Source: Octopus sinensis
Lineage: Eukaryota
Length of the DNA: 64,000 nt
Reading direction: 5' to 3'
Assembly (NCBI RefSeq): GCF_006345805.1
Contig: NC_043012.1
Span: forward strand, 32,984,001-33,048,000
Part shown: positions 1 through 12,179 of the stretch, in pieces
Layout of the letters: the number at the start of each line of letters is the position of its first letter
How positions within the stretch are numbered: the stretch's first letter is position 1
Made by a program: the position numbers and the translations under genes
Notes under the pieces: model-generated
The model's input: only the letters and a program-made list of their open reading frames with translations
The model's database searches: none
What the model was told of the DNA's origin: nothing

Positions 1-222
1 ATGTTCTCCCTGGAGGTAAGACGGTTTTTTTTCTCTATTTTGTTGCACACACGCATTTTTGCTAATACATACGCGGTGAAGCTACACATTAGCGTCGTAT
101 TTTTACGCTCGCTATTTCCAGAAAAAATACGGTACTTAGTTGTGCCATTTATTTACTAATTTGTGTATTTTTCCCTCACGGGCTATTTTTACTGGAAGGC
201 AATACTTTGTATTGCATTACTG

Positions 223-230
223 ATATATAT

Positions 231-269
<39 letters not shown>
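223..269. repeat. (AT)n microsatellite
   Basis: Near-perfect AT run; one of many (also 572-595, 706-742, 34786-34868, 36680-36724, 54916-54948). Confidence 0.95.
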
Positions 270-276
<7 letters not shown>

Positions 277-544
277 AATGAGGTAATCAGATTGGATGGT
301 TCATATAGGTAGATATTTTTTATATTACATTTTTTTACATATATATATCAAATCATTCGGATTGTTAGCGCTTTCTCCCAATCTAGTGGGGTTTTCAAAT
401 TTGATTTGTTTGAAAACCCCACTAGATTGGGAGAAAGCGCTAACAATCCGAATGATATGATATATATGTAAAAATGTAATATATAAATAAATATCTACAA
501 ATATGAACCATCCGATCTGATTACCTCATTTTTTCTAATATATA
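264..544. repeat. Fold-back palindrome P1 (about 135-bp arms, 9-nt loop 400-408), TA-flanked
   Basis: TATATTAGAAAAAATGAGGTAATCAGATTGGATGG...GGGGTTTTCAAA is mirrored by TTTGAAAACCCC...CCATCCGATCTGATTACCTCATTTTTTCTAATATA. Confidence 0.93.
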
Positions 545-593
545 ATACCTGTACATCATCTCAAACCTTCCATATATATATATATATATATAT

Positions 594-706
594 ATCACCG
601 TGACCGACCAGGCTATCAGATGTTGCTACACATCACTGGTCACAATGCGCTTTGCATTGTTTTAGCCTTCAAATGACGCCACCCTGCTGGCTAAGCGATC
701 AGGCCA
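594..706. mobile_element. Short interspersed-repeat fragment between TA runs
   Basis: GC-richer 113-bp block bounded by (AT)n on both sides. It resembles a common cephalopod SINE segment as I recall it; no second copy in the window. Confidence 0.35.
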
Positions 707-712
707 TATATA

Positions 713-744
<32 letters not shown>

Positions 745-867
745 AATTTACGAAGGTGTCATTAATACTATTATTATCCAATGTAACTATTTTTAAAATG
801 ATAATAACAGAATCAGTGACACAGGCGATAGCAGGCCAAAAATAGCATTAAATAGCCGAGGGATTTA

Positions 868-1003
868 AATTAATCAAAGGAAATACTAAATATGTCTACC
901 TGCTTGAAATAACAATCAAAACCCTTATTAAATTGCGATTTAATAAGAGTTTTGACTGTTATTTCAAGCAGGTAGACATACTTAATATGTCCTTTGATTA
1001 ATT
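868..1003. repeat. Fold-back palindrome P2 (about 66-bp arms)
   Basis: AATTAATCAAAGGA...TATGTCTACCTGCTTGAAATAACA...CTTATTAAAT is mirrored by ATTTAATAAG...TGTTATTTCAAGCAGGTAGACATA...TCCTTTGATTAATT; TA run follows. Confidence 0.9.
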
Positions 1004-1204
1004 ATATATATACATATATATAAAGACACCTATGCTTGTCCCTGCATTATACTTAGCCTTGGTATAAAGCCATTTCCTGCCTCAAATACTCTCTCTTACT
1101 TAGAAGTGGGAGCTTTTTATTTTTCCGTTTTCCCTTTCTGTCCTGCAAGTTACTTGGCAACCTCGTAGTGCAGACAGCATGAAAAGAAAAAAGAAAAACA
1201 CCAA

Positions 1205-1310
1205 GCACACACTGTACAGTGGTTGGTGTTAGGAAGGGCATCCAGCTGTAGAAACCACACCAAAACTGACACTGGAGCTCAGCCTACTCCTGCAACTCAC
1301 CAGAAAATTT
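1205..1310 (+). mobile_element. RTE-tail-type repeat (family C) fragment
   Basis: GTGGTTGGTGTTAGGAAGGGCATCCAGCTGTAGAAAC matches other family C copies (40873-40910). Confidence 0.7.
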
Positions 1311-1649
1311 TCAACAGGATGTTTAGAAGTTAACTGAAGCATAGAAGCAGTGTATATGAAGCCTACTTTGAGACATTAGACAGGAACCTATTTTATTTAC
1401 AGATAAGATGATGCAGGTAACTGAATCTGAGTTCATGTGACAAAGTATGTTCATGAATGCAAATGTATAACAATGCTTATGTGTCAGAATAAATAAATGT
1501 GTTATGTGCACAGAAAGTCATTTATGAAGATAACTTCCTGAATTTATCTACACACATTAACAATGGCACATTAACAACAATTGATTGTATCTAATCACAA
1601 GAATAGATTTATATCTGTTTAGTTGATAGACATCTTTGTCATCAACATA

Positions 1650-2267
1650 AGCCATGCTTCCGTGGGTGTATAATGTCAGTGTGCACATACAACAGAGTGT
1701 AAATGACTTAAAAGGAAAACTGGGTATAAGAGGTATCAGATGTGTGCAAGAGAGAAAACTGGTGTTAATTTGGTCATGTAATGTGTACAGATGAGGACAG
1801 CTGTGTAAAGACATGACAAGTTCTAATTGTGAAGGGAACCTGTGGAAGAGGTAAACTCAGGAAGACATGGCATGAAGTGGTGGAAAAGGATCTTCGGATG
1901 TTGGGTCTTACTGAGGAAATGACAAGGAACCAGGAGATGAGGCAATTTGCTGTGGTTGAGAAGACGTGCCAAGCTAAGTAAAATCCCTGTCCTCCATACA
2001 TACAGGCTTGTCCTTTACAGGTGCTGGTACCACATAAAAAGCACCCATGCCAGTGCTGCATAGATGCATCCATGCCAGTAGCATGTAAAAGGTACCCAGC
2101 ACACTCTTAAGTGGCTGGCATTAGGAAGGGCATCTAGCCATAGAAATCATTCCACAAAAGACAACTGGAGTCTGGACAGCTCCCCAGTTGTCCAGCACCA
2201 TGCCATACCGTCCAACCCATGCCAGCATGGAAAATGGACATTAAACAATGAGTATGATGATGATGAG
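1650..2267 (+). mobile_element. RTE-clade LINE 3' end (ORF C-terminus, 3' UTR, (GAT)n tail), decayed
   Basis: Translates to ...KGTCGRGKLRKTWHEVVEKDLRMLGLTEEMTRNQ...VVEKTCQAK*, typical of an RTE ORF end; followed by family C UTR and ATGATGATGATGA. Confidence 0.8.
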
Positions 2268-2327
2268 TCTGACTTTCTGTGATTCCGCTGGTAGGATGCA
2301 TCTACAGAAAAAAAAATGATAGAGCCA

Positions 2328-2518
2328 CTTTAGCATGCAGACCACCTAGCTATTTACACTTTAGTGTGCTGTCAAACCCTAATCCTACCTAACCTGAAAC
2401 CTTAGCCCTAAACTCTAACCATAAGCCCTAACCTTTAACCCCTAAACCTAAGTCCTAAACTCTAACTCCTAACTGTATACTTTAGACTATAGATACTGCA
2501 GTAGATGACATGCTAAAG
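2328..2518. repeat. Degenerate telomere-like (CCCTAA) tract inside a 10-bp inverted repeat
   Basis: CTTTAGCATG (2328-2337) and CATGCTAAAG (2509-2518) enclose about 15 variant CCTAA/CCCTAA/CTCTAA units (about 2376-2472). Confidence 0.6.
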
Positions 2519-4417
2519 GAACACCAAAAAGTTTAAATTTCATTCTTCAGTCTTTGTTAGTCTTACTCCTAGTTATCTTTTACAACAAGTTTGACACATT
2601 TTCTCCTTTCATGTAACATCACTGAATTAGACTTCCTTCTATATGTATTAAATACATTTGTTTGACTTTTCGCATACCTTTGTCCATACAGTGGAAGCAG
2701 ACTGTTATATAATCACAAACAATATCAACAAGTTTATTGTTGTATAATCAAAGTTAGAAGATCCTAAGAGTATTTGCTTAATGTTATCAGCCAGTTATTA
2801 TCAAAAAGTTTCATCCTCAAGTAACCACAATAAGTGGCTTCCACTGTACTTAATGAAAAACTTGGTCCCCTACCTCTGCTAATACAAAATAATTCCATTC
2901 CAATTAAATCCTAACTTGCCGTGAATCTAGAGCTTGGCTATACATCTCTCCAGTCATAACAGAAAGGTGGTCTCAGTTGAGCTTTCATTAACAAGATACA
3001 TGTGGTCACTGTAATTAATGTGGTTTAAAGACAACGTTTGCCAAATACCTAGTCAGTATAATAACAGCGTAGGATCTACTGTGACTGGCAGTGTTCCAAA
3101 ACCAATTTACAGCCTTTTTCGTTTGCATTTAAGAAGTGACTATCTAGGTCAGCAGTTCTCAACCAGTTATAAAATTTCTGGTGGAGGAGTCCATGCATGC
3201 AAAATAGTAAGTTGGTGGGAGGGATCCACAGTAATATTTTAACCCTTTCATTGGAGGAATTACAACTGTGTTTCGTGGTCTGCTACCACAACAGCTCCTT
3301 CATAGGATCCAGTTAGCTCAAGACATCATCAGGAGGAACCACGTCCGGTTTTGGCCCCTGCTCCTTTACTGTTTTGACATGGCGCCCCCCACTTCCTTTT
3401 GGAGGTGTCTTCAGTTCTGGTGTCGGGTGCATGTCTTCTTTCTTCTGTTCCCTGGCCTCTTCGATGTATCGTCAGCGAGTGTCAGCCGGTGACTGACTGA
3501 CTTGTCAAATTATTCCCTTTAAATACCTGCTGCTAGGCTCCAGCAGGCAGCCCCATATTTGTTGATAAACAGTGCTTTTGTTTCAACTAATTTTGAAAAT
3601 AATGAAAAATTTAGTAAAATGATTTTGTCATTATTAAGTTGATGCTTGGAACATATCTCAACACAAATTTTGAGGGAAAATTTTAATTTAGATAACTGTA
3701 AGGGAAATCTCAAGCAGGTTGATATAAAAAGAATTAAGTGTCCACGAAAAAAAAAATTTGCTTTAGATGTACCAAACTTGCTAGAAATAGCAACCAATTT
3801 CTTTTTTATGTCACTCTAGTGGCTTTTAAAATAAACTTCTTAGATAATGTAATTTGAGATGGACAATCTGATAAAAATAAAGAAGTTGATCAGAAGCTAA
3901 ACAACAACTGCCTTAAGCATTAATATTTTTTCCTCACAGCATGCCAGCAACAATAGCCTGCCTATTTAAATATATTTCAATCAACAAGTCAGTTTCTACA
4001 ATAGTTGCAATCAAGGTAACTAAATCTCAACAGACTTCCTACTACCTCTAAACCATGCTTTTATTTCTAAATCTTTTTAACATCAGACAATAGAAACAAG
4101 AAACCCTATATATAGCTAGATGACTGAGTACACCATAGATCAGTTACCAGGAACTACTTCATAGGTCTACTGACACAGAACTGACAGAGTTTACACAAGC
4201 ATTCTTGATCATAATTTCCAAACAGTCATTTGACAAAAATTTGAGACTAGCTTCAATATGCATGGCTGTTTCAAAGCTTAACAAATAACAAAGAGATATT
4301 AAAAACAAGTAATTTTATGAGAAAGTCATTCTTTTGAAACTTTCTTGAATTAATTTAAACACACAGGCAGTTTATTTGAAGTCTATTTTTATGACATTTT
4401 ACAGGAACAGATTTTAT

Positions 4418-4541
4418 TTAGCAGCATTTTGTACCACAATTCAAAAGTAAATCAAAGAAATAATGTGGTGTACATAGTGGAAACAGTTGATATGTTTCAC
4501 AGGTTTCAGGAACTGTTTCATTGTTCTGAGTTTGAATTTCT
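4418..4541 (-). CDS. Candidate terminal coding exon (EIQTQ...LLNCGTKCC*)
   Basis: Acceptor ttttatcaattcccaatAG, open frame of 40 codons to TAA, AATAAA immediately after. No homology recognised. Confidence 0.22.
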
Positions 4542-4924
4542 CTATTGGGAATTGATAAAAAAATTAGGAGCTTGAAACTACAGCTATAATTATATTGAGA
4601 TCTATTCAATCTTTAACCATTTTGCTCACTACTTCAAAACAAAACTAAATAACATTGACAACTCTAAATTTATATAAAAAAAATAAAGCTTAGAAAATTT
4701 TCAACAAGATCTCAAGAAGTTAATTGTCGAATGGAGGGAATGTATATGAAGCCTATTTTAAGGCATCAAAAGGGAAGATATATTTTGGATAGCTTTTGGA
4801 TACAAGTTTATATGTTGGTAATTGAATACATGCAAGTTTATATGAACATTACTCATCCTTATCATCATTATCACCACCATCACTCACCATCATTTAACAT
4901 CCATTTTCCATACTGGCATGGGTT

Positions 4925-5165
4925 GGACTTGACTTGAGACAGCATTCACCCGGGGTGGGTTGAGCTGGCTTCATTCATCCTCAATGCTGCATCTCTCACA
5001 AACGCCGATCACACCTGGCGGTTTGAGGTTAACGACCACGTGATCTCCAACCACTCCTTATTCCAGTGGTGAACGCCGTACATATGGGAGCCCAGGTTGG
5101 GTTCCAGACCAGCCTTGGCTGTCATCAGCCAGGTTTTTCGTTGACCACCACTTCTGTCAGATCCT
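4925..5165 (-). mobile_element. Second RTE-type LINE family, 3' end
   Basis: Minus strand reads RSGGQRKTWLMTAKAGLEPNLGSHMYGVHHWNKEWLEI...ASSTHPG* then a short (TCAAG) tail. Confidence 0.65.
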
Positions 5166-5495
5166 CCATGGGTTGCCAAAGAGTTGTCCAGGCTTCAATG
5201 GTCTGTTTTGGAATGGTTTCTATGGTTGGATGCTCCTCTTAACGTCAGCCACTTTACAGAGGGTGCTTGGGTACATTTTGTGCTACTGGCACAGGTGCAT
5301 TTAAGTAGCACCAGCAACGAGTGAATTTTACCTGGCACTGGCACGAGAACATACTACGTGGCACTGGCACAAGTGCATTTTACGTGGCCAGGAAAGGGGG
5401 TGGGGCATGGCCATAAACGACATGCCTGTATGTGTGGGTGGCCACGATTTTGCATAGCTTGATATGCCTTCTCAAGTACAGCAAACTGCCAGTGC
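5165..5495 (-). mobile_element. Family C / RTE 3' UTR fragment
   Basis: Reverse complement matches the UTR at 1975-2240. Confidence 0.65.
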
Positions 5496-5890
5496 TTTAC
5501 TCTTTTACTTGTTTCAGTCATTTGACTGTGGCCATGCTGGAGCACCGCCTTTAATCGAGCAATTCGATCCCGGGACTTATTCTTTTGTAAGCCCAGTACT
5601 TATTCTATCGGTCTCTTTTGCCGAACTGCTAAGTAACGGGGACATAAACACACCAGCATCGGTTGTCAAGCAATGCTAGGGGGACAAACACAGACACACA
5701 TACACTCATATATATATACATATATACGACGGGCTTCTTTCAGTTTCCGTCTACCAAATCCACTCACAGGGCTTTGGTCGGCCCGAGGCTATAGTAGAAG
5801 ACACTTGCCCAAGGTGTCACGCAGTGGGACTGAACCCGGAACCATGTGGTTGGTAAACAAGCTACTTACCACACAGCCACTCCTGCGCCT
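5496..5890 (-). mobile_element. tRNA-head CORE-type SINE (family A), full length
   Basis: Minus strand GGAGTGGCTGTGTGG (A box)...GGTTCAGTCC (B-box-like)...CCTTGGGCAAGTG (MIR/CORE-like)...tail GAAACAAGTAAAAGAGTAAA; more than 10 copies in the window. Confidence 0.88.
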
Positions 5891-6035
5891 ACTGGTATTT
5901 ATTTTATCAACTCCAAAAGAATGAAAAGCAAAGACAACCTCAGTGGAATTTGAACTCAGAATGTGAAGATAGGTAAAATGCCATTAAAGGCATTTTGCCT
6001 GGTGTACTAATGATTCTGCAAGGTCACTGCCTTAA
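5891..6035 (-). mobile_element. SINE family B, degenerate
   Basis: GGAATTTGAACTCAGAATG is the reverse complement of the family B B-box region. Confidence 0.65.
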
Positions 6036-6992
6036 GAACCTGTAATTATATTGAAGTTAATTCAGTCAACATATTTTGCCAACCATTTCAAAACTTGAAT
6101 TTTTTTTTTTGTACCAAATCAAAACAAAATAATATTAACCAAATAACAAAGATGTGCTTTTCATGAACAGTGACAGGACAACAATCAATGTGAATATCCA
6201 ACCTAATTCATTAAATAACTGAAATAAGTGACCTAATATCAAACAAAAGAAGAACTTGACATATGTTGTCTTAATTTTCTTTACTCTATTATGATCTCCG
6301 TTGTGCCCTCTCTATGACATTCTGTTTCTCAAGTAACTGATTTGGTTTCTATGCAAACCATTTGTTCAGTATTTTGGCATGTTAAAGTTAGAGCAGTTTT
6401 ATATGCAAATAACTTGGTAACATTAAATTTCAGCAAAAAAAAAAAAACTGTTTTGCTTCATAATCGAAGTTTCTGAAATAGCACAACAGGTACTCAAGTA
6501 ATCAAAAAAAAATTAATCTTGAGGTGGCTTGATATGTTAGAGTGTTAGAGAGGAGAAATGATGGTAGTGGTTCAAAATATTCCTCAATTAACTACAAGAA
6601 GTGTTCCACTTTGTCAAGGACAAATATTGATTTGACCAAATATATTTTGAGGCCTTTTATCAGTCTTTGAAGAATAAAAAACAAAAATCAACTTATAATG
6701 GATTTGAACTCTGTATACAGAATAAGGAAACCAAATAATGATGATAACTTGCACTTGTGATGGGTACAATGACCGACAGACGCTCCACATCTTCTGTCCC
6801 TTTAGTCATAATTGTGTTTGGATAGACATGGTCAATTGAATGCAGTTTATCACATAATATCTGGTTCTCATTTTATGGACACAGAATGCATGGAAAGTAA
6901 ACCTGCTACCAGCAGAGGCCATATTTGTCGTAGTATCTGTTACTGTAGGAAACAGCTTTCACTACTTTACTAACTTAAAGAAACTAAATAAA

Positions 6993-7135
6993 TCATCATC
7001 ATCATCATCATTTAACACTAACTTTCCATGATGGCATGGGCAGAACAGCTTGACAGGTAAATAACAAGCTGCAGGGCTGCGTCAAGCTCCAATGTCATCT
7101 TTGGCATGGTTTCTGCAGCTGAATATCTTCCAAAC
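6993..7135 (-). mobile_element. Family C 3' fragment with (CAT)n tail
   Basis: CATCATCATCATTTAACACTAACTTTCCATGATGGCATGG is the reverse complement of the family C end. Confidence 0.7.
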
Positions 7136-7150
7136 ACCAAATAATAAGAA

Positions 7151-7514
7151 CTAGCATTATAACCTGGCAACGCCGGGTCATAGTGCTAGTGCATGCATAT
7201 ACAGCTGCGTGTGTGCGCACATACACGCGAGTGCTGTCCAAATCTTCCGACCAATCACATACAGCTAGCTGGCATTCAATTGGCGTATCAAGTTTCGGGC
7301 ATTTTGATTGGGTTTTGGATAGAAAGTTCACAAAAAAGTCACTTCTGTTGATTTTTAATGGCTTTGCGGGGTGACTGGGGAAATGTAAAGATGTGCACGA
7401 CCACCCTTGGACGGTTTTGAATGACCATAGAAAGTGCGAGCCCTCTAACTAAAAAATTGTGGATTTGTATAAAGGACACACACACAGACATTTTGCCGTT
7501 TATATATAGAGAGA
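7151..7514 (-). mobile_element. Non-autonomous Helitron (364 bp)
   Basis: Minus strand A|TCTCTCTATATATAAA...hairpin ACCCGGCGTTGCCAGGT...CTAG|T; canonical TC/CTAG ends in an AT site, no TSD. Confidence 0.8.
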
Positions 7515-7669
7515 TTTAAGAAAAAAAAGAATCTAAGAAAAATTGAAAATTTCTAAAATTGAAAAGACAGTAAAGCATTTATTTGTGTTTTTGCCTTTGC
7601 ATCGTCAACTGAACTAACAAGTAAAATTGAAACAGCAAAATTGATTTAATATGTCTTAAAATGTTTTAC

Positions 7670-8061
7670 AGGCATAGCTGTGTGGTAAGCAGCTTGCTTC
7701 CTAACTACATGGTTCCAGGTTCAGTCCCACTGTGTAACACCTTCAGCAAGTGTCTTCTACTATAGCCTCAGGCCAACCAAAGCCTTGTGAGTGGGTTTGG
7801 TAAACAGAAACTGAAAGAAACCCGACGTATATATGTGTGCATGTGTGTGTGCCTTTGTGTCTGTTTAACCTTCCATCACTGCTTGACAACCAGTGTTGGT
7901 GTGTTTACGTCCCTGTAACTTAGTGGTTCAGCAAAAGAGACTAATAGAATAAGTACTAAAATTTTAAAAAATAAGTCCTGGGATCAATTTGTTCGACTAA
8001 AAGCTTCAAAGGCAGTGCTCCAGGATGGCCACAGTCAAATGACAGAAACAAGTAAAAGAAT
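7670..8061 (+). mobile_element. SINE family A, full length
   Basis: Colinear with other family A copies. Confidence 0.88.
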
Positions 8062-8129
8062 ATGACTAAAAGAGTTGAGGTGGCCTAAAGAGGTGACTAT
8101 TCATAGTAAATGTACCAAAGACAGCTTAC

Positions 8130-8172
8130 CCATGTGTGGAATTCATTAAAAGAACACACAACTACTGAATCA
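8130..8172 (-). CDS. Candidate 43-nt exon (DSVVVCSFNEFHTW)
   Basis: Acceptor tctcacccAG, donor G|GTAAGC, open in the phase-2 frame. Confidence 0.2.
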
Positions 8173-8499
8173 CTGGGTGAGACATCAATGAAAGCAAATA
8201 GTGTGGTTTCAATATCAAGTGAGAAAAAAAAATAACACTGCTATTTATGCAAATAATAAAAAAAAAATCTACTGACTCAAGCACCCCTACCCATCCCGGA
8301 ACTATTTCATATCAAAAGAATTACAATACATGAATAATTCCAGTCTATAATTTTCAGACTCAGCAAAAAACTTAAATATGGTTGTTCCTATGTTTAACTG
8401 TGAAGTTGATGCTGCTAACTGAAATCATATTATATAGAGATATGTGTGTGTGTGTAATCATTTATATACACACATAAGGAAATGGCCAAGTGGACTACA

Positions 8500-8745
8500 C
8501 ACTAAAGTGAAAAATGCCAGGTTGACCGCATGCTAAAGTAGTGTAACAGCTTGGCTGTGTAACATTGCAAGCAATGTATTACATATCTGTACATGTAAAT
8601 TTGACATGGGTGATTCTTTCTTGTTTTGGGATTCACGGTCAAAAGGCTGGGTGGAACTGCGCAGTCCATGCAGTTCCCCAGCTTGCCAGCTCTGGTCAAA
8701 CCATCCAACCCATGCCAGCATGGACAACGGACATTAAATGATTAT
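8500..8745 (+). mobile_element. Family C / RTE 3' UTR fragment
   Basis: Ends CCAACCCATGCCAGCATGGACAACGGACATTAAATGAT. Confidence 0.65.
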
Positions 8746-8860
8746 GTCCTTCCGCCCCACCCAAGAAATCTTTCCTCAACTTTGACCCAATTGTAATCGA
8801 GGTTACTAATTAAAGATCTATAATATTTTTGGTGTTTAAACAATCGATATCCTTTTCTCT

Positions 8861-9243
8861 AGGGTGCCGAGCTGGCAGAAACATTAGTGCACCGGGCGAA
8901 ATGCTTAGCGGTATTTTGTCTGTCTTTACGTTCTGAGTTCAAATTCCACCGAGGTCGACTTTGCTTTTCATCCTTTCGGGGGTGGATAAATTAAGTACCA
9001 GTTAAATCGACTTAATCCATTTGTCTGTCCTTGTTTGTCCTCTCTATGTTTAGCCCCTTGTGGGTAGTAAAGAAATAGGTATTTCATCTGTCTTTACATT
9101 CTGAGTTCAAATTCCGCCGAAGTCGACTTTGCCTTTCATCCTTTCGGGGGTCGATAAATCAAGTACCAGTTGCGTACTGGGGTCGATCTAATCGACTGCC
9201 CCCACTCACCAAATTTCGGGCTTTGTGCCTAGAGTAGAAAAGA
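8861..9243 (+). mobile_element. SINE family B, internally duplicated
   Basis: Head GAGCTGGCAGAA...GAGTTCAAATTCC; body occurs twice; flanked by ATATCCTTTTCTCT / ATATTCTTTTCTCT (14-bp TSD, 1 mismatch). Confidence 0.88.
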
Positions 9244-9769
9244 ATATTCTTTTCTCTGTTGGATTCCAACTCAATTCCCCGCCACCCCCACCAGTTTCAA
9301 AATTTCAATAATTTCTTTTTAAATGTGTGGTATGTAAATATATCAAAGAAGAAACTACAGAGAATATTTAATATTGAACTTTTAAATATTTAGTCGAGTT
9401 TCGTTAATTTCATATGTGCCATTTTCCCCTTTCCCCTTTCATTTGACCTAATTATTATTATTATTATGGCATTTCTGATCGTTCTGATGTCTAAGGATAG
9501 ATATTGATGTGGAGAACTGAAGCGGCAAATTTACATTATCTTCTTTTACTCATTTTGCCCCCACTAAATTTACCTTTTATATTACTCAAAGAACGGGGAT
9601 AATTTTCTGAAATAGTGATCGGATTATGGTTATACTTTTTTTAATGCATTTAGGGAAGGCCATTTACTTAGCTGATATAGTTTTTGTAAGGTAGTGGACA
9701 TATGTAAAAAATATGTATTTTGTCTCAAAATCAAAAATGCAGTAAAAAACTCATTGTACCCCTCCCCAA

Positions 9770-9859
9770 ATATATATATAAAATTTAATATTTCTATTTA
9801 TATATAATTTAATATTTCGATTTATATATTTTATATATATATAAATAGAATATTAAATT

Positions 9860-9897
<38 letters not shown>

Positions 9898-9947
9898 ATA
9901 TATATATATATAGATATATATATATATAAATAAATAGAATATTAAAT

Positions 9948-9981
<34 letters not shown>

Positions 9982-9995
9982 TAGAAATATTAAAT

Positions 9996-10045
<50 letters not shown>

Positions 10046-10053
10046 GAAATATT

Positions 10054-10093
<40 letters not shown>

Positions 10094-10102
10094 GAAATAT
10101 TA

Positions 10103-10153
<51 letters not shown>

Positions 10154-10162
10154 GAAATATTA

Positions 10163-10226
<64 letters not shown>

Positions 10227-10551
10227 TAAATTATATATGGCATCCAGCCGTAGAAACACTGCCAGATTTGACTGGGCCTGATGAAGCCTTCTGGCTTCAC
10301 AGACCCCAGTAGAACCGTCCAACCCATGCTAGCATGGAAAACGGACGCTAAACGACGATGATGATGATGATGATTATATATATATTATAAATAAATAGAT
10401 TAAACTATATATATATATATATATAAATAGAAATATTAATTATATATATATATATATATAAATAGAAATATTAAATTATATATATATATTATATATATAT
10501 ATAGAAATATTAAATTATATATATATATATATATAAATAGAAATATTAAAT

Positions 10552-10582
<31 letters not shown>

Positions 10583-10585
10583 TAT

Positions 10586-10616
<31 letters not shown>

Positions 10617-10708
10617 GAAATATTAAATTATATATATATAATATATATATATATAGAAATATTAAATTATATATATATATTATATATATATATATATATA
10701 GAAATATT

Positions 10709-10775
<67 letters not shown>
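9770..10775. repeat. Compound minisatellite: about 15 units of ATAGAAATATTAAATT separated by variable (AT)n
   Basis: Core recurs at about 9845, 9934, 9981, 10042, 10090, 10150, 10427, 10461, 10501, 10537, 10613, 10653, 10698; two inverted units at about 9783-9823. Confidence 0.9.
10240..10374 (+). mobile_element. Family C 3' fragment inserted in the minisatellite
   Basis: GGCATCCAGCCGTAGAAACAC...GGACGCTAAACGACGATGATGATG, near-identical to 40891-41026. Confidence 0.9.
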
Positions 10776-10776
<1 letters not shown>

Positions 10777-11188
10777 CAGCAACAAATAAGCATGTCGGAT
10801 TCAGTCTGCATTGCAGAGCTACTTCAAATATTTCATAAAGCCTCTGTATTCATAAATGGGGAAACTTTCAATTTCAAACCACTCTTAACAGCTACAGCAA
10901 GGGCTCTTGGCTTCCCTCCTTTTTAATCTTTTTCCTCCCTCTACTTTCCATCACGAATCACAGGCACAAGCCAGACACTTCCTATGAAACAGAATACTTT
11001 TGTCCTTTGACACCTAACAGGACCACTTCCGCCCAACGAACCAACAAAGAAGCCGCCATGTGGACACAAGGCATACTAGAAACAACAGCCAAATTTCATT
11101 CAAATCCGCAGCCCAACATCCTTGCAAAATACGATTTAGATAATGAAGTCCTAGGTTCCCTGCACATAAGAAAATAAGAAAAAACAAG

Positions 11189-11335
11189 GGATCTTTTCGC
11201 TTTGACCGGCAGATTTTAAAAATAATTTCCATGTAACTAAAAAAATTTAAACTTCGTATACTGGTAGAATGTGTTTATAAAACATCTTTTTCTCTTGGCT
11301 TTATTGAGAAAATTCTGTAGTTTGTAAGATATTCT
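11189..11335 (+). mobile_element. GGATC-TIR MITE, left-end fragment
   Basis: GGATCTTTTCGCTTTGACCGGCAG...AAACTTCGTATACTGGTAGAATGTG matches 26630 and 28897 left ends. Confidence 0.8.
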
Positions 11336-12179
11336 CTTCAATTTCGGCAAAGATCCAAAGCAAGAATGGTCACGGCTGATGAGCTTTCGATCATACGGGT
11401 TTGCTCGTCGAAGGCTGAGCTAAACCACTACCACCCTGCCAAATGTTAAGTGGTAAAAGTTTATGCAGCATGAAAGCAAATTAGAATGAAAGGCCACCAA
11501 GTGAACAGTTGAAAGTAGCTTTGAAAGCCAGCAGGGAACTGAAAGCAACAAGTAGCTGTCAGGTTACCCTGGACGAAAGGAGGAGGAGGAGATAGGCCAT
11601 AAGAGATGCTAAGTACCTTGGACAAACTGTAGGAATGCTAGAAAAGGGATGGGAAGGTTAAAGGAGGTAATGGAAGAGAATAAAAATAGTGAAATTTCTC
11701 AATCACCAAGTGAGAGAGAAAGAATAGTAAACAGAGGGGATGATTTTTAAGCAGGAAGTTCTAAAAATAAATTATGAGAAGAAAAAGCATGGAGTTAAAA
11801 GAGTAAACCTTATAGATACTGTCAAGTCGTTGAAGATAAAATCCAAACGAGAAGGGAGATGTGAAATTATTATAAAGAGATATTTCATCTATAAGAAACT
11901 TTCAACTGGCAATAATGATTAAAAGATGAACATATTTATCAAAATAGATTCTTTGCTCAGTTACTGCCTTATCTTTCTCTCACTTCACAGTTTGGATAAT
12001 ATACAAATGAGTTTGATTAAAGAAAGCCACCATGGGTCTAACGAAATAAAGAAGAAAAAAATATGCTTTACCACATGGTTTTATGAGGGGAAATCCATTC
12101 AGTACTCAATACTAACGAAAGAAGATACAAACTAATGTTGATGTTAGTGATTTACTAATTCAATAGAGATATTTAGGAT

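Noticed and set aside
2376-2472. True telomere or chromosome-fusion relic
   Set aside because: Short, highly degenerate and bounded by an inverted repeat; more likely the interior of a small element.
9770-10775. Repeat-spacer pattern superficially like a CRISPR array
   Set aside because: The spacers are (AT)n rather than unique sequence, the context is eukaryotic, and there are no cas genes.
11371-11415. CTGATGAGC...GCTC...GAAG
   Set aside because: GAAA does not follow stem II directly, and there is no stem III or stem I.
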